From the NCBI GenBank assembly GCA_976551045.1, contig CDPCPM010000103.1:21700001-21764000 (forward strand): a DNA stretch of 64,000 bases, written 5' to 3'. Under the pieces are notes generated by a model that had not been told where the DNA came from, did not search any database, and was given only the letters and a program-made list of their open reading frames with translations. The stretch's first letter is position 1. Each line of letters begins with the position of its first letter. This DNA comes from Glaucostegus cemiculus. Its lineage: Eukaryota. Positions 1-12,860 of the stretch are shown here, piece after piece. The position numbers and the translations under genes are program-made.

Positions 1-259
1 CAGCGCTAGTGACTGGGTTCAATTCCATCCGCTGTCTGTAAGGAGTTGATACATTCTTCCTCTGTCTGCGTAAGTTTGCTCTGCGTGCTCCAGTTTCCTC
101 CCACATTCTAAAGACGTACAGGTTAGGAAGTTTTGGGCATGCTATTGTTGGTGTCAGAAGTGTGGTGACACTTGCAGGCTGCCCCAGAACCCTCTATGCA
201 AAAAAGATGCATTTCACTGTGTGTTTTGATGTGCATGCGACTAATAAAGATATCTTCTT
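1..259 (+). mobile_element. V-SINE family A (tRNA-derived head, V-type core, non-CR1 tail), cut by window edge
   Basis: B-box-like GGTTCAATTCC, core gctgtctgtaaggagtt...tttcctcccacattc, tail tttcactgtgtgtttt...ctaataaagatatctt; six more copies in window. Confidence 0.85.
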
Positions 260-344
260 CATTACCTTATCCACCTATATCGCCATTTTCAGAGAGCTAT
301 GAACTTGCACATCATGGTCCCTCTACGTGAACACTCCTGAGGTA

Positions 345-468
345 CTTCTGTTTCCTCTTTCAACCCCAAAGATGTGTAGGTTAGTTAGCCACTGCAAATT
401 GCCCCGAGTGTAGTGTGGGTGATAGAAATGATGGGAGTGTGGGGAGAACAGTTTACAAGGAAAATTAG
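345..468 (+). mobile_element. HE1-like V-SINE, partial
   Basis: ccaaagatgtgtaggttag...actgcaaattgccccgagtgtag matches copy at 55930-56310. Confidence 0.6.
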
Positions 469-479
469 TCATAATTAAG

Positions 480-740
480 GTACAACATGGAAATAGGTCC
501 AAAGATAGAAACAACTCCTCCCAGATTCTACCACACACCCACACACTCGGGGCAATTTACAGTGGCCAATTAACCTACCAGCCTGCATGCTTATGGGATG
601 TGAGATGAAACTGGAGCACCCAGAGGAAACCCATGCGGTCACAGGGAGAATGTACAAACTCCAGATGAACAGCACCCGAGTTCAAGATTGAACCTTGGTC
701 TCTGGAACTCTGAGGCAGCAGCTCTACTGTACTGCCCCAT
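480..740 (-). mobile_element. HE1-like V-SINE
   Basis: Reverse strand: ctgcctcagagttccagagaccaaggttcaatc head, ggagtttgtacattctccctgtgaccgcatgggtttcctctgggtgctccag core. Confidence 0.85.
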
Positions 741-1284
741 AAGGAAATGTGAGAGCTCTGTGTGAGCAAGCATACATTTGATGAGGCAAGTAACCTCCTG
801 CTATATCATAAAAAAATATGGAAAATATGTTTAACGCTCAACTGCTAATGAATGGAAATCAAAGAAAAACTGCAGATGTTGGAAATCTGAAATAAAAATA
901 CAAAATACCTCTCCTAGGTACCTCTGTTCTACAACACTCCCCAGGGCCCTGCCGTTCACTGTGAAAGTCCTACCCTGGTGTTGTTCTTCAATATGTAAAA
1001 TCCGTCAATCAGCTAGAAAATTTGTGACTGCCATTAAAAATTGACAAACAGTTAAAAGATATAAAAAATTAAATATACTGGGTCAGTTCTTCCTGACTAA
1101 TGCCAGAGACAATTGAACCAATTGTATGGTAGAACCAGTTCAAGAGGCTGCATGGCCGGCCTGAGAAGAATTTAATAAACCTTATAAAAAAGAAGGGGAC
1201 AAACAATGTCTAGCTCTTCAAACCACAGTAAGGCCTCAACTTCTATGCCAGTCTGGTCCTGGTTTTACTGATGGATTCAGAATG

Positions 1285-1582
1285 GAATCCATCATCAAAG
1301 ACCCCCACCATCCAAACCATGCCATCTTCTCACAGTAGGTACAGAAGCCTGAAGTCCCACACTACCAACCTGCACACCCTAATCACTTTCTTAGTGTAAT
1401 AACACTATAACTACTTTGACCACTTTGTACTACAATGAACTTTATTTTTGTTCTAATTGTGTTCTTTCTTGAATAGTTTTTGCACAATTTATGCTTAATT
1501 TATGATGCTGCTGCAAGTTTTTTGATTGCACTTGTGTGTACATGTACTTGTGCATATGCAATAAACTTGACTTTGACTTTGA
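1285..1582 (+). mobile_element. Rex1/Babar-like LINE 3' fragment
   Basis: SIIKDPHHPNHAIFS-like coding remnant, AATAAA then (gacttt)n tail. Confidence 0.65.
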
Positions 1583-2052
1583 GAATGCCCTGAATCTATT
1601 GGGTTGCTTCACTGCTGTGCTCCAACAGTGGGATCCAACCTTGTGGAGATTCCAGAGCATTTTTGCTGGTGCAGGAATTGAAATCCCATTGATTTCAATC
1701 GAGATTGTGGGCTTCATATTTAGAGGCAGAGGGGAAAGGCAAGTTACCTTTAAATTATTTTACTTCAGTCTGTTGCTTATCATCGTTCATAAGTGATTTA
1801 AAATATTTGTAGTTCACTTTACTTTTTAAAGTTTTTAATAATTTATTATTTACTTCAATTTTAATCTCTGAATAGCAGCAATTAAATCCCTCACAGCTCT
1901 TATATTAGCAAAACTGGGGGCGGAGCCAGCTGTCATGTCATCAGGGGGCGGGGCTTGCTTCTCACGCGGGCTTGCCACCATTCAGTCCACACCACTGGAG
2001 TCAGGTATGTGGCGGACCAGGGATGTTGCTCTTCCATATCTGGACTAGCTAA

Positions 2053-2287
2053 CAACAAACAGCTGGAAGAACTCAGTGGGCCAAGCAGCAGCTGTGGAGG
2101 CAAAGGGATAGTCAATATTTCAGGTGGAGACCCTGCACCAGGATTGAGAGTGTGGAGGGGAAATAGCCAGTGTAAAGTGGTGGGAGAGAGGGGCGAGGCA
2201 GGGGCTGGAAAGTTTTAGGTGGAATCAGGTGAGGAGCAGTTTGTTCTTTGCTCCAGTCCACAGCATCTGTAGTCTCTTCTGTCTCCT
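2053..2287. mobile_element. Penelope-derived short repeat (inverted arrangement) with decayed hammerhead motif
   Basis: ggaagaactcagtgggccaagcagcagctgtggag...ccctgcaccagga plus inverted cagcatctgtagtctcttctgtctcc; flanked by direct repeat gactagctaa (2043-2052, 2288-2297). Confidence 0.75.
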
Positions 2288-3181
2288 GACTAGCTAAGTT
2301 CAGGTGTGGAGAGATAGTGGATGGCACTTCTGTGCAGGGGGATCCAGTCAATGAGTGGCAGCTCAATTAATTACATGTAATTCAACTCAAATAAATTATA
2401 AATTGAAAATTACATTTAATTCATATCTCGCTTTTGCAACCATGCCTACCCATTGAAATCAGTGCCCTCACTGAACCGGCACAATATCTAACAAGGCACA
2501 GATTCTGTGGACATATTTTGTGGTGTTGGGAAAATGCAGGAGGTTGCCAATGTACCAGTGGATTCCAGGAGAATCCCAATACAGAATGACAGCTGTTATA
2601 AGAAAATTTGCTGCATTTTTCAGGAAACTTTTGGCTAAATATCTGCCTCTCTTTCAATTTTTTCATGTTTGCTCTCATTTTTCATTTATTAATCCTGGTC
2701 TCCTGAAAGTGATGGTTTATGTTGAATACATACTCCAGTGACACAAAGCACTGTGTCACGTACATTAAATCATTGAATTTATCCTCATTGTTACTGCAGC
2801 ATGTATTTTGTCATTGAATATTGAATTTTTCATGAACAGCTGCTAAATATATCTGCCAAAATAAAATTTCAGTCATTTTTTTATAGTGATCATGTAACTA
2901 TTAATTAAATGACGTTTCAAAGTCTGTTAATGGTTCTACTTTAAGTATTTAGCAAGACAGGTCAAGAAAATGCATTAACTTGATTTGCTGATGTTCAGGT
3001 GGAAGTTTTTGTAGAGGACTTGATGGTTGAAAATGTGTGATGTTATTCATGTGAGAAGACAGTGTCAGAGAAAAATAAAGTCAGAAACAACAAAAAAGTC
3101 AATGAAACATATATTTTCTCTTGACATCATAAGTTGAAAGAGGGCAGATAAAGAAGATGAAATAAAAAAGGTCTTCATTGA

Positions 3182-3305
3182 GTTCTGGTAAAAGTCACTG
3201 ACCTGGAACTTTAACTGTTTCTCTCTCCATAGATGCTGCCTGGCCTGTTCAGTATTTACTTTGTGTTTTATTTCTAATTTCCAGCAACAGCAACATTTTG
3301 TTTTT
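3182..3305 (+). mobile_element. Penelope-derived short repeat, decayed hammerhead motif
   Basis: gttctggtaaaagtcactgacctggaactttaactgtttctctctccatagatgctgcc. Confidence 0.6.
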
Positions 3306-3747
3306 CTATAAGTGGAAAGTTTATTGCTTTCGTTAAGAAGGTGGAGAAAGAAATCTCACGTCAACTTGTCCTTTCATAATCTTACAGTTGCGATTCCAAT
3401 CTCCTTTGTTATGAACTCAATTAGCTAACTGAACTAAATGAAGGTTGAGAAGAGACCAAGAAACTAAAAGGCCCATACTGTGTTATCAATCCGAAGCTCT
3501 AGAAAGAAAATAAAATAAACTAGAAGGATTTATTGTATACTTGGCAAAAGGCTGTCAAAGATTTTGAAGCTTACTATTCAATGGAAATTTGGCCCTGGTG
3601 AAAAAATGCAGTCAATGACAGTTTCCTGTTTAATAGGTCAGAGTAATCCACAAGTCTCTACAGCAATGCCACTACCACTGTTAGCATACTGATCAGTGTG
3701 GTGAGAGACCAAATATTCTGGTCACAACATTTCAGTAGGGACATGAA

Positions 3748-4250
3748 GATCAGAATCAGGTTTATTATCACTGACACACATCATGAACTTTGTTGTTTTG
3801 CGGCAGTACAGTGCAAGACATAAAAAGTATCTGAAGTTCCAAAAAAATTTAAAAAATAGTGTAAAAGAGGAATAAGAAAATAAAAAAAGAGTTCATGGGT
3901 TCATAGACCATTCAGAAATCTGATGGTGGAGGGGAAGAAACTGTTCCTGAAGTGTTAAGTAGGGGTCCTTAGGCTCCTGTACCACCTCCCTGATGGTAGT
4001 AACAAGAAGAGGGCATGTCCAGGTGGTGAGAGTCCTTAATGATGGATCCTACCTTCTTGAGCACCACCTCTTGAAGATGTCCTCAGTAGCAGGGAGGGTT
4101 GGCCGTGATGGAGCTGGCCGAGTCTACAACCCTCTGCAGCCTCTTTTGATCCTACATATTGGAGCCTTCGTACCAGGCAGCAATGCTCTCCATTGTACAT
4201 CGACAGAAATTTGCAAGAGTCTTTGGTGACATGCCAAATCTCCTGATATC
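3748..4250 (-). mobile_element. Rex1/Babar-like LINE 3' fragment
   Basis: Reverse strand encodes LQRVVDSASSITANPPCY..IFKRWCSRR..SIIKDSHHLDMP; tail (ctgatt)n read as atcagaatcag. Confidence 0.75.
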
Positions 4251-4574
4251 TCAGTGATACCTCTGAAAAGATTTACTGGAATAGTTCCAGAGATGAGAGA
4301 TTTCAGCTCAAACTTTTAACCACTGATGCTTCTTATGACTCCCAATTCCGTTACACAAATAATCTGCTAATATGCATGTTTCATGTTAGCTGGGAGGCTC
4401 GATAAGATTGTTAAGTCATCACACTGAGATTCCAGCTTTTCATTGCAGCAATTCATCTTTATTAATAAATAAACAGATGGAAAATAATGAGAGTTGGAAG
4501 TGGTAACCTTTGTCATTTCAGAGCTGCACACAATGGAATTATATTTCTTATCTATTACAGATGGAAAATTGCCA

Positions 4575-4720
4575 AATGACAAGATACAACTTATATTTGT
4601 TTCACACATTTAATGTAGCATTTCATAACTGTGTTATCAAACAAAGTTTAAAACAAGCCCCCCAAAAAATTAAGGTAGTGATCAAGAAGGTAGATTTCAG
4701 AAGTTGTTGTGTGGACCATT
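4575..4720 (-). mobile_element. L2-like LINE 3' end, decayed
   Basis: acaacttatatttg...tttaatgtag resembles reverse of L2-type tail at 14100-14150. Confidence 0.4.
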
Positions 4721-5474
4721 AGCAATGGCTGAATGGGAAAACTCCTCTTTATGATGGGTTTCTGAGACTTCTACAGGAATATAAAGAGTTAATTCTCCAA
4801 GTCAGCACTAAACAAAGGATGCCTTGTTTATAATGAATGAAAAGACAAATTCTGTTTCAAAATAACTTTGAAGTAAGGGAAATTTCAAGGATTTTCACCT
4901 GCACTTTGGGAATCATGTTCCATAATTCGATGTATTTTCTTATGTGAATTCCAATTCAAAGACCCCTGTTCAAATAGTATTTGCCATCCAGTTTTCTGCA
5001 TGGCATTCTGCCACATCGTTTGCTATTTATTGGGTTCAAGTTGAGCTGGTACAAAGTTACTCAGGTACTCAGCTGTGTGAGTCTTGGTAACAGTTGTTCT
5101 TTGGAAATTAGCATTTGGTGAGGTCAGTTGAAGATCTTGAAATCACATGGAAAAAGCTAAAACTCTTTACCATGGAAGCCATGGAGAAGCTATGGAAAAA
5201 GAGGACTAGGACAGTGGGAAGAGGCAATGTAAAGATCTCACTTAAGGCTTGGCTGTCTGAAGATTTCAATAAACAGAATCCAGATTCCATTTCTAGATTT
5301 TCAGAAAATACTTGTACTCACTCCACCCAAACATGGTGTTCAATGAAGCCCAGTCTGTGACATATCTCACAAAAAGAGTTTGAAGACAGAAAAAGACAAT
5401 AAGCTGAATCTGATTTTGGTGGCATTGGTTGCCAAGAACTTCCAACAATGTTTTAAAATAGTTATCGGGTGTCT

Positions 5475-5477
<3 letters not shown>

Positions 5478-5511
<34 letters not shown>

Positions 5512-5532
5512 GCACACACACACATGCACACA
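5478..5532. repeat. (CA)n microsatellite, imperfect
   Basis: acacacacacacacacacacacacacactcacacgcacacacacacatgcacacac. Confidence 0.95.
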
Positions 5533-6939
5533 CTGCCTGGGTTTAACAATTGTTCCACCAAAAAAAGCCTTTCTGACAGTATGATGTTTCTACAGCATTG
5601 CTCAGCAGTGTAGATTTGGGGTTCAGCCATGAACCCATAACCTGCTGATGTAGAAGCAAGTATAAAAGGAAAGAATTCACATGGAGTCTGGGGTTTACCT
5701 TCAGAACAAACTTTCTTTATTACAAGTTGATATCAACAGGGAAATTATGCATCCTGGAATGAATGCTCCTCTATTCAAGATTCAAGATTGCTTTATTGTC
5801 ATTGAGCTGTTGAGACAACAGAACAACGAGATTTCATTGGCACTCCCATGTCAGACAATAGGCACAATACTTAAATATTAAATAAATAGAGAATAAATTA
5901 AGTTACAGTTAGTTTATTCTTAATCTTAGGCTATTTCTTATCCATTTTCTCCACCTTCTCTCTACCCTGCATGCATTGTGTATACATAGAGTAAGGCAAG
6001 TCTTTTGCAGTGTCAAGCCTCAGCTTTAGTGCTTCATGTGCCTCATGAGCAGTATGCAGTTCTGTCTTTACATTACATGTACAATGGTAAGCTTTTGTTC
6101 TGGAGTTTATAGGATAGTTGCTAGGCTGGTAACCAGATGTCGGTTTACTATATTTCACTTTAGCCTGCAACGTGTAATTCAGGTCAGTTTGAAATGGTCC
6201 CAGCTGCCTTTGTCCAGTACCAGCCCTGCAGAGTCCCCTTACCTTCCCTGCTACAGATCCACCTTACTATTTTCCTTACTGCATAAGCACCCCATTGCTG
6301 AGATACATTTGCAGGCTTCTGCTGATAAAAGCCCAGAATGAAATGATTGATTTTTGCTTTTTAAAAATTGTTTTAATAAATATAATGCTTGAGCTGTGAC
6401 ACCCGAAGTGTAATGTATACATAACCTAACAAATTGCTAATTAGAATTTGTCAAAGAATACTGTATAATGGAGCATTATAATTATACAACATATAAAGAT
6501 ATCATAAGGCAGTTGATCTACCATAATATTTATCATAGATAATAAAAATCAACCTCTTCCTACAACTTTCTCTTATTTATCTCACTTGCTATATTTGTAT
6601 CATTTTTTCTATCTTTGTCTTTCAATCCATGTCAACATCATTTTTAAAGATCTCTGTTGAACATCACCTATTACAACCCGTCAATCAGAGAAACCAAACT
6701 TATAATCATCACTTTCAATCTCTTACCTCCCACCAAATATATGCCTATGTCACAAGATTACCTTTGATTCCTTGCGCCCTCTTTTTTGTGGAAAGATGTC
6801 TTGGGCTGAAGTTTGTCAAATGTATTAATAAGTCACCATAGAAACCGTATTCATGGTCACTCCTCTGCCTACCATAATAGAGACTTCCTCAAAAACTCAA
6901 CAATTTTACTTACCCTTCTCAAATCCAGGCTGATTCATA

Positions 6940-7790
6940 AAATTGTAACATTGTGAGAGACGGGAGGTCAGCCAGTCTATGGAATCTGTGCCACGTTATT
7001 GTAAAGCAATTCATTTAGTCCCATTCCTTTGATATTTCCACAAGGCATTGCAAATTATTTTCCCTTGTGGTGTCAGTTCTATTTTTCAAAGGCCTGGCTG
7101 TTTGTTCCCTCCATGCCCCCAAGTTCCAAATCATCATCACTCTCTACAGAAGATGTTGTTTGTCACATACCCCTTGCAACTTTTGCCCATACATTTGCAT
7201 CTGAGTTTCTTGGCCTGCCTCTGGGAGCATCTCAAGCATCTCTCTATTTGCTCCATCTAATGTCATAATTTTCTAATACTTCAATCAAATCTTTCCTCCT
7301 TTATTTGCACCAATGATAAAAGGAACACAGGTTGTCTTATCTAATCTTATGGACTATAATCTTCATCTTTCTGCATCCTTTTAGGTGGGATACTTTCATA
7401 TGGAAGAAATACCCTGTTTGTGCTTCAACATATTCTTCTTGTTTTTGGATTCTAAGCCTCTGCCTCTGAAGGACAGTATTTCATATGATTAAGTGACTAC
7501 TCGTTCAATCTTCAAAGATTCATGTCCATATACACCCAGCTCTCCTAAATGCCTTTTAGAATTGTGTCCCATTCCATGTTGTATGTTTTGAATAAAGCAA
7601 TGTTCCTAACACTGACCCCTGGGAAAAAGCATCCTCCGGGCTAAAATACAAAGCAACCATACACCATGAATTCCTTGAGAACTTTTATCCATCTTTCTAC
7701 TTGCCCCTTTGTTCTACCCTTTTGATCAAATAATGCTCTTAAAGCCAGTCAGTCACTCTGGTGATGGAATCCAGTAAGTTCCTTATATTT
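6940..7790 (-). mobile_element. CR1 LINE 3' region, highly decayed
   Basis: Degenerate match to reverse CR1 3' UTR and ORF2 C-terminus seen in better copies. Confidence 0.45.
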
Positions 7791-7984
7791 CACGTACGTC
7801 CTTGTGGCTATCCTCAACTTCCCTCTCAAATAAACCTAACTTAATTCTAAATGTTAGAATATTGTAGGCAATTTTCTGGACATAGACTGCAATATTGACA
7901 TCATTGTGGCCTTTGGTTAGGTTTTGCAGATGCCTGAAGATATCTAGGAAGCTTTGAATTAAACTGGGATTCTGTTTGAAAACC

Positions 7985-8163
7985 AAGACAACACAGATGT
8001 TGGAAATCTGAAGATGAGAAAATGCTGGGGATACTCAACTAGTCAGGCTGCAGCTCGGGCAAAGAAACAGAGGAAACATTTCAGATCAATGACCCAACAT
8101 CAGACCATTCAATAACCTGAAACATTTATCCTCTACAGATACTTCATGTATTGTTATTTCAGG
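7985..8163. mobile_element. Penelope-derived short repeat with inverted piece
   Basis: cagatgttggaaatctgaa...aaacatttcagatcaatgacccaacatcagac then acctgaaacattt...acagat. Confidence 0.6.
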
Positions 8164-8199
8164 AGTTTGTTTATTGCAATTCTTATGTTATGAGTTATT

Positions 8200-8690
8200 C
8201 CATGGCTGTCCATTGAGGGAGCACAATGTAGGGTCACCAGATTGATTCCTGGAGGAGTGGATTTGTTGCATGAAGGGAGATTAAGCTGACTGAGCCTATC
8301 TTTCTGGTGTTTAAAAGGACGAGGGGTGATCTCATAAAAATGTACAAAACTCTGTTACAGTGCCAGAGACCCGGGTTCAATTGCCGCCTCTGTCTCTAAG
8401 GTGTTTGTACTTTCTCCCTGTGACTGAGTGGGTTTCCTCCAGGTGCTCCGGTTTCCTCCCACATTCCAAAGATGTACAGGTTAGGAAGTCATGGGCATGC
8501 TGTGTTGGCACCGGACGAGTGGTGATACTTGTGGGCTGCCCCAGAATACTCTACACAAAAATATGTATTTCACGGTGTGTTTCGATGTACATGTGACCAA
8601 TAAAGATATCTTATCTTATGATCAGCCATATTTTCAATCAGTTGGACAGTAATGGACTGGACAGCTTCTAGTTCCTATTTCTTACATTGT
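8200..8690 (+). mobile_element. CR1 3' fragment interrupted by V-SINE A
   Basis: ggtcaccagattgattcctgg...aggggtgatctcata, with CR1 tail remnant after the SINE. Confidence 0.55.
8355..8619 (+). mobile_element. V-SINE family A
   Basis: gacccgggttcaattgcc...ccaataaagatatcttatcttat. Confidence 0.9.
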
Positions 8691-8699
8691 AGAGTCAGC

Positions 8700-10505
8700 A
8701 AGTCATAGAATTGTACAACATGGAAACAGGTCATTTGGCCCAACTCGTCAATGTTGATCAATGGACACCCTTCTCTATTAATCCCATCTCACAGCATTTG
8801 GTCAAGTGCCTTCAATACCTAAGTGATTCAAGTGCTTATCTAGATACTCCTTAAATTCTATCAGCAACCCAACTTCAACCATTCATTCAGCCAGTGCATT
8901 CCACTCTCTGGGTAAAGAAGGTCCCCCCTAGTTCCCCTTTAAATCCTTTTTCCCTTACCTGGTGTCATCTAATTTCATCTTCCTTTGCTATGGGGAAAAG
9001 ATTCCTGCAGTCTATCCTACATATATCCCTCATAATTTTATATACCTTAGTCCTGTTCCCTCTTAACCTCCTCTGCTCCAGGGAGAACAGACATGACTTC
9101 TCCAGTCTCTCCTCATAACTGAACTGCTTCATCCTCGGCAACATTCTGGTGCATCTCCTCTGCACCCTCTCCACCATCCTTCCTATAGCATGGTGAACAG
9201 AACTGCATGTATCCAGCTGAGGTCTGACCAAGGTTTTATAAAGTTGGAGCATAACCTCCCTACCTTTGTATTCAATATCCTGACAATGAAGGCTAGTTAC
9301 CCCTTTGCCTTCCTAACTATGTTATCTACCTGTGTTGCCACCTTGAAGGATCTATGGACCTGTATTCCAAGGTCCCTCTGTTCCTCAGTGCTGTCTGAGA
9401 CTCGAGCATTCATGGTGTATGTCCCAGTACTCCCAAAATGCATCACCTCACCTTTGTCTGGATTAAACTCTATCTGCCATTCTTCAGACTATTTCACCAA
9501 TAGATTGATATCCCTCTGCAGCCTAAAATTACCTTCCACTCTATCAATAACTCCACCAATCTTTGTGCCATCTGAAAATTTACTGATCTTGCCTCCCACA
9601 TCCACATTCAAGTCATTCACTTATATCACAAACAGCAAGGGTCCTTGTGGGGTACCACTAGTCTCAGGCAAAACAAACCTTCTACTATCACCCCTTTCTC
9701 TGAGAACCAAGCCAATTTTGGATGCAGTTTGACAACTTTTCCTGGATCTCTAAACTTTTGAAGCAATCTCCCATGTGAGACCTTGTCAAAGGTCTTAATA
9801 AAGTCAATGTAAATAATATCTACTTCCTACCCTTATCAATACACTTTGTTATCTCTTCAAAGAATTCAGTCAAATTGATCAGATACCTGCCCTTGTCAAA
9901 GCCAGGTTGGCTGTCTTTCATTAGTTTCTGCCTTTCCATGTGTTCATCAATCCTCTCTCGGAATTTTTTTCCCAGTACCTTTCCTATAACTGATGTTTGG
10001 CTTACAGGTCTATAGTTGCCAAGCTTTTTCCTACTGCCTTTCTTGAAAAGGAAGACCATGTTTGCTGTCCTCAAATCATCTGGAACCTGACTTATGTATA
10101 GCAAAGATTTTAAAATTTCAGCCAAAGCTCCAGCAATCTTTTTCTTTGCCTCCCATGGCATCTAATCAGAAACTGGGAATTTATCTGTCTTTAAGCATGC
10201 CAAGGCGTTGAGTACTTCCTCTTTATTTATGGAGACCTGCACTAGACTTTCACCTACCCCTTCCCTGAATTCTCCAACTGCAAAATCTGATGAAAAGCAT
10301 TCATTTGGGACCTCACATATATGTTTTGGCTCCACACACAGATTGCCCATGTTGTCCCTAATCGTGTCTATATTTTCCCTGATTATTCTTTTGCCCTTAA
10401 TACACTTATAGAACACTTTTCGATTTACCTTAATTCCGTCCGCTAGTCATTTTTTGTAACCCTTCTTATCCTTTTTAATTTTGTTTACACTTTTTATATC
10501 CTTGG
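8700..10505 (-). mobile_element. CR1 (HER1-like) LINE, 5'-truncated, disrupted ORF2
   Basis: ORFs 8965-9252 (MLQLYKTLVRPQL..RLRGN), 9820-10161 (FKKGSRKKLGNYRPVS), 10162-10416; CR1 tail near 8700-8750. Confidence 0.92.
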
Positions 10506-10509
10506 CCTA

Positions 10510-10950
10510 TATGTAGGGAAATCATGGATAGCTGTAGGAATAATAGGGTTGCAGCGTTAGGTCCTTAGCCTAGTATTGACTGGGACTGTCTTAATGCTAA
10601 GGAATTGGATGGAGCAGAATTTGTTAAGCGTGTGAGAAAAGTTTTCTGAAGCAGTATGTTGACAGCCCTACTGGAGAAGGGGCTACACTTAACCTCCTCT
10701 TCGGAAATGAGGCTAGGCATGTGGTTGACATTGTTGGAGGGATCTGGTTTCCCTGGAGCAAAGGAGGCTGAGAAGTGACATAATGGAGGTATATAAAATT
10801 ATGAGAGGCATAGACAGGGTAGATAGCCAGAATCTGTTTCCCATGGGAGGGGAGTCTAAAACCAGAGGGCATTGGTTGAAGATGAGAGGAAGGAGGATTA
10901 AAGAGCATCTCAGGGATAAACTTTTCACACAAAGAATTACAGAATAGCTG
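10510..10950 (+). mobile_element. CR1 fragments: endonuclease-region piece joined to ORF2 C-terminal piece
   Basis: SIDWD..KQYVDSPTGEGATLNLL followed by EVYKIMRGIDRVDSQNLFP..KTRGH. Confidence 0.75.
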
Positions 10951-11639
10951 CAGGGGATTGAATGTATGAGATGTAGGAGTGTGGTTTTCAGCATGTGAGG
11001 ATTCAGTGGAGTAGATGAGAGTTAGACCCGATCACTGATTGATGCAGGCTTTGATATTTGAATGATGGCCTGTATTGTATGAAGAGGCGAGTGAAACTGA
11101 TGGTGCAGGTAGCATCTAATGATGTCTTCATTACCCATGGTTATCCCTTGGAGGTCATTAAACTTCTGGCAGTATCATGTGCATGTTCCTGCAGTTTGAC
11201 CCGTCATAGTGACTAGTTCCTCATTTTGATTTGTATGTGGTTTCCTCGCTCAACTAATATTTTACCATCTTCCACCACTGTGAAAGCAAATTCAAAGTTC
11301 TTCTTTTAACAAGTTTGCCATTTCCTTATTTTTCATTATACCCTCACTTGCAATGTTCATCAATAGGCCCATACTTCCATTCGACACTCACTTTCATTTG
11401 CAGTTTTATTAATGACATTAGCTTTAACAGTCTTTGCAAGTAATGTCCTCAACTTATTACTTTCTTTGAATTCTTGTGGTCCTTTTCATGTCTCTCCCAA
11501 TTTGTTTGACTTCCACTTCAGTTTGCATTGTCCAAACTTTTATCAATTTGTCACTTCTCCCGACCTGATTTTATAATTGTTTTTTAACAATAAAAATGAA
11601 GCCCATTGTAGCAAATACTACTTTGCATATTTGCTAATA

Positions 11640-12860
11640 GAAGATAGAACAGAACAGCACAGAAATGGGCCCTTCAGCCCACAATGTTGTTTCAAACCAA
11701 TTACATTAGTAATAAAATGCCCTAATCCTTTCTGCTTACACAGTGTCCATATCCTACCATTTCCCTCATGTGCATGTGCCTGTCTAAGAGCTTCTTATTT
11801 GCCCCTATCATATTTACCTCCACCTCCACCCTAGGCAGCACATTCCAGGTACCCACCACTCTCTGTGTAAAAAAAACGTACCCCACATATTTGCTTTGAA
11901 CTTACCCCCATCACCTTAAATTCATGCCCTCTGGTATTAGATATTTCAACCCTGGGGAAAAGATACTGGCTGTCTACTCTATCTATGCCTCTCATAATGT
12001 TATAAACCCCTATCAGATCTCCCCTCAGCCTCCGCAGTTCTACAGAGAACAACCCAGGTTTGTCTAACCTATCCTCATAGCACATGCCCTCTATTCCAGG
12101 TAGCATCTTAGTAAACATCTTCTGCGCCCTCTCCAAAACCTCAACATCCTTCCTAAAATGGGGCACCCAGAACTGAATGCAACACTCCAGATGCGGCCTA
12201 ACTAAAGTTTTATCAAGTTGCAGCATAACTTCCTGACTCTTGAACTCAATGCCTGGACTAATGAAGACAAGCATGTCATATGGCTTCTTTACCGCCATAT
12301 CAACCTGTGTAGCCATTTTCAGGGAGCTATGAACTTGGACCCCAAGATCCCTCTGCTCATCAGCCCTGTTAAGGGTCTCGCCATTAACAGTGCACTCTCT
12401 TTACATTTGATCTCCCAAGGTGCAGCACTTCACATTTGGCCAGATTGAACTCCATCTGCCATTTCTCTGCCCATATCTGCAACTGATCTATATCCCGCTG
12501 TATCCTTTGCTAGTCTTCTACGCTATCCACAACACCACCAATCTTCGTATCATCTGCAAACTTACTAACCCACCCATGTACATTTTCATCCAGGTCATTC
12601 ATATACATCACAAACAGCAGAGATCCCAGTATGGATCCCTGAGGAATACCACTAGTCACAGACCTTCAGCTAGGATAAGTCCCATCGACTACTACCCTCT
12701 GTCTTCATTGGGAAAGCCAGCCTTGAAACTAGTTTAAACCCTCCTAAGTAGCACTAGTGAACTTCCTGGCCAGGATATTGTTTCCTCTCCAGTTGAGGTG
12801 CAACCTGTCTCTCTTGTACAGGTCACCCCTGCCCCAGAAGGAGTTCCAATGATCCAAGAA
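11640..12860 (-). mobile_element. CR1 LINE with internal deletion (ORF1 esterase end fused to RT) and full 3' tail
   Basis: ORF 11831-12316 is ORF2 C-terminus; KFADDTK near 12550; 12729-12860 encodes FLDHWNSFWGRGDLYKRDRLHLNWRGNNILARKF. Confidence 0.9.

Noticed and set aside
6243-6296. Minus-strand MGCLCSKENSKVDL (acylation-like N-terminus) upstream of AAG|GTAAGG donor
   Set aside because: In-frame TAG precedes the donor; likely chance
9190-9732. 180-aa plus-strand ORF
   Set aside because: Antisense shadow of CR1 RT, as are 46516-46929 and 47673-48011
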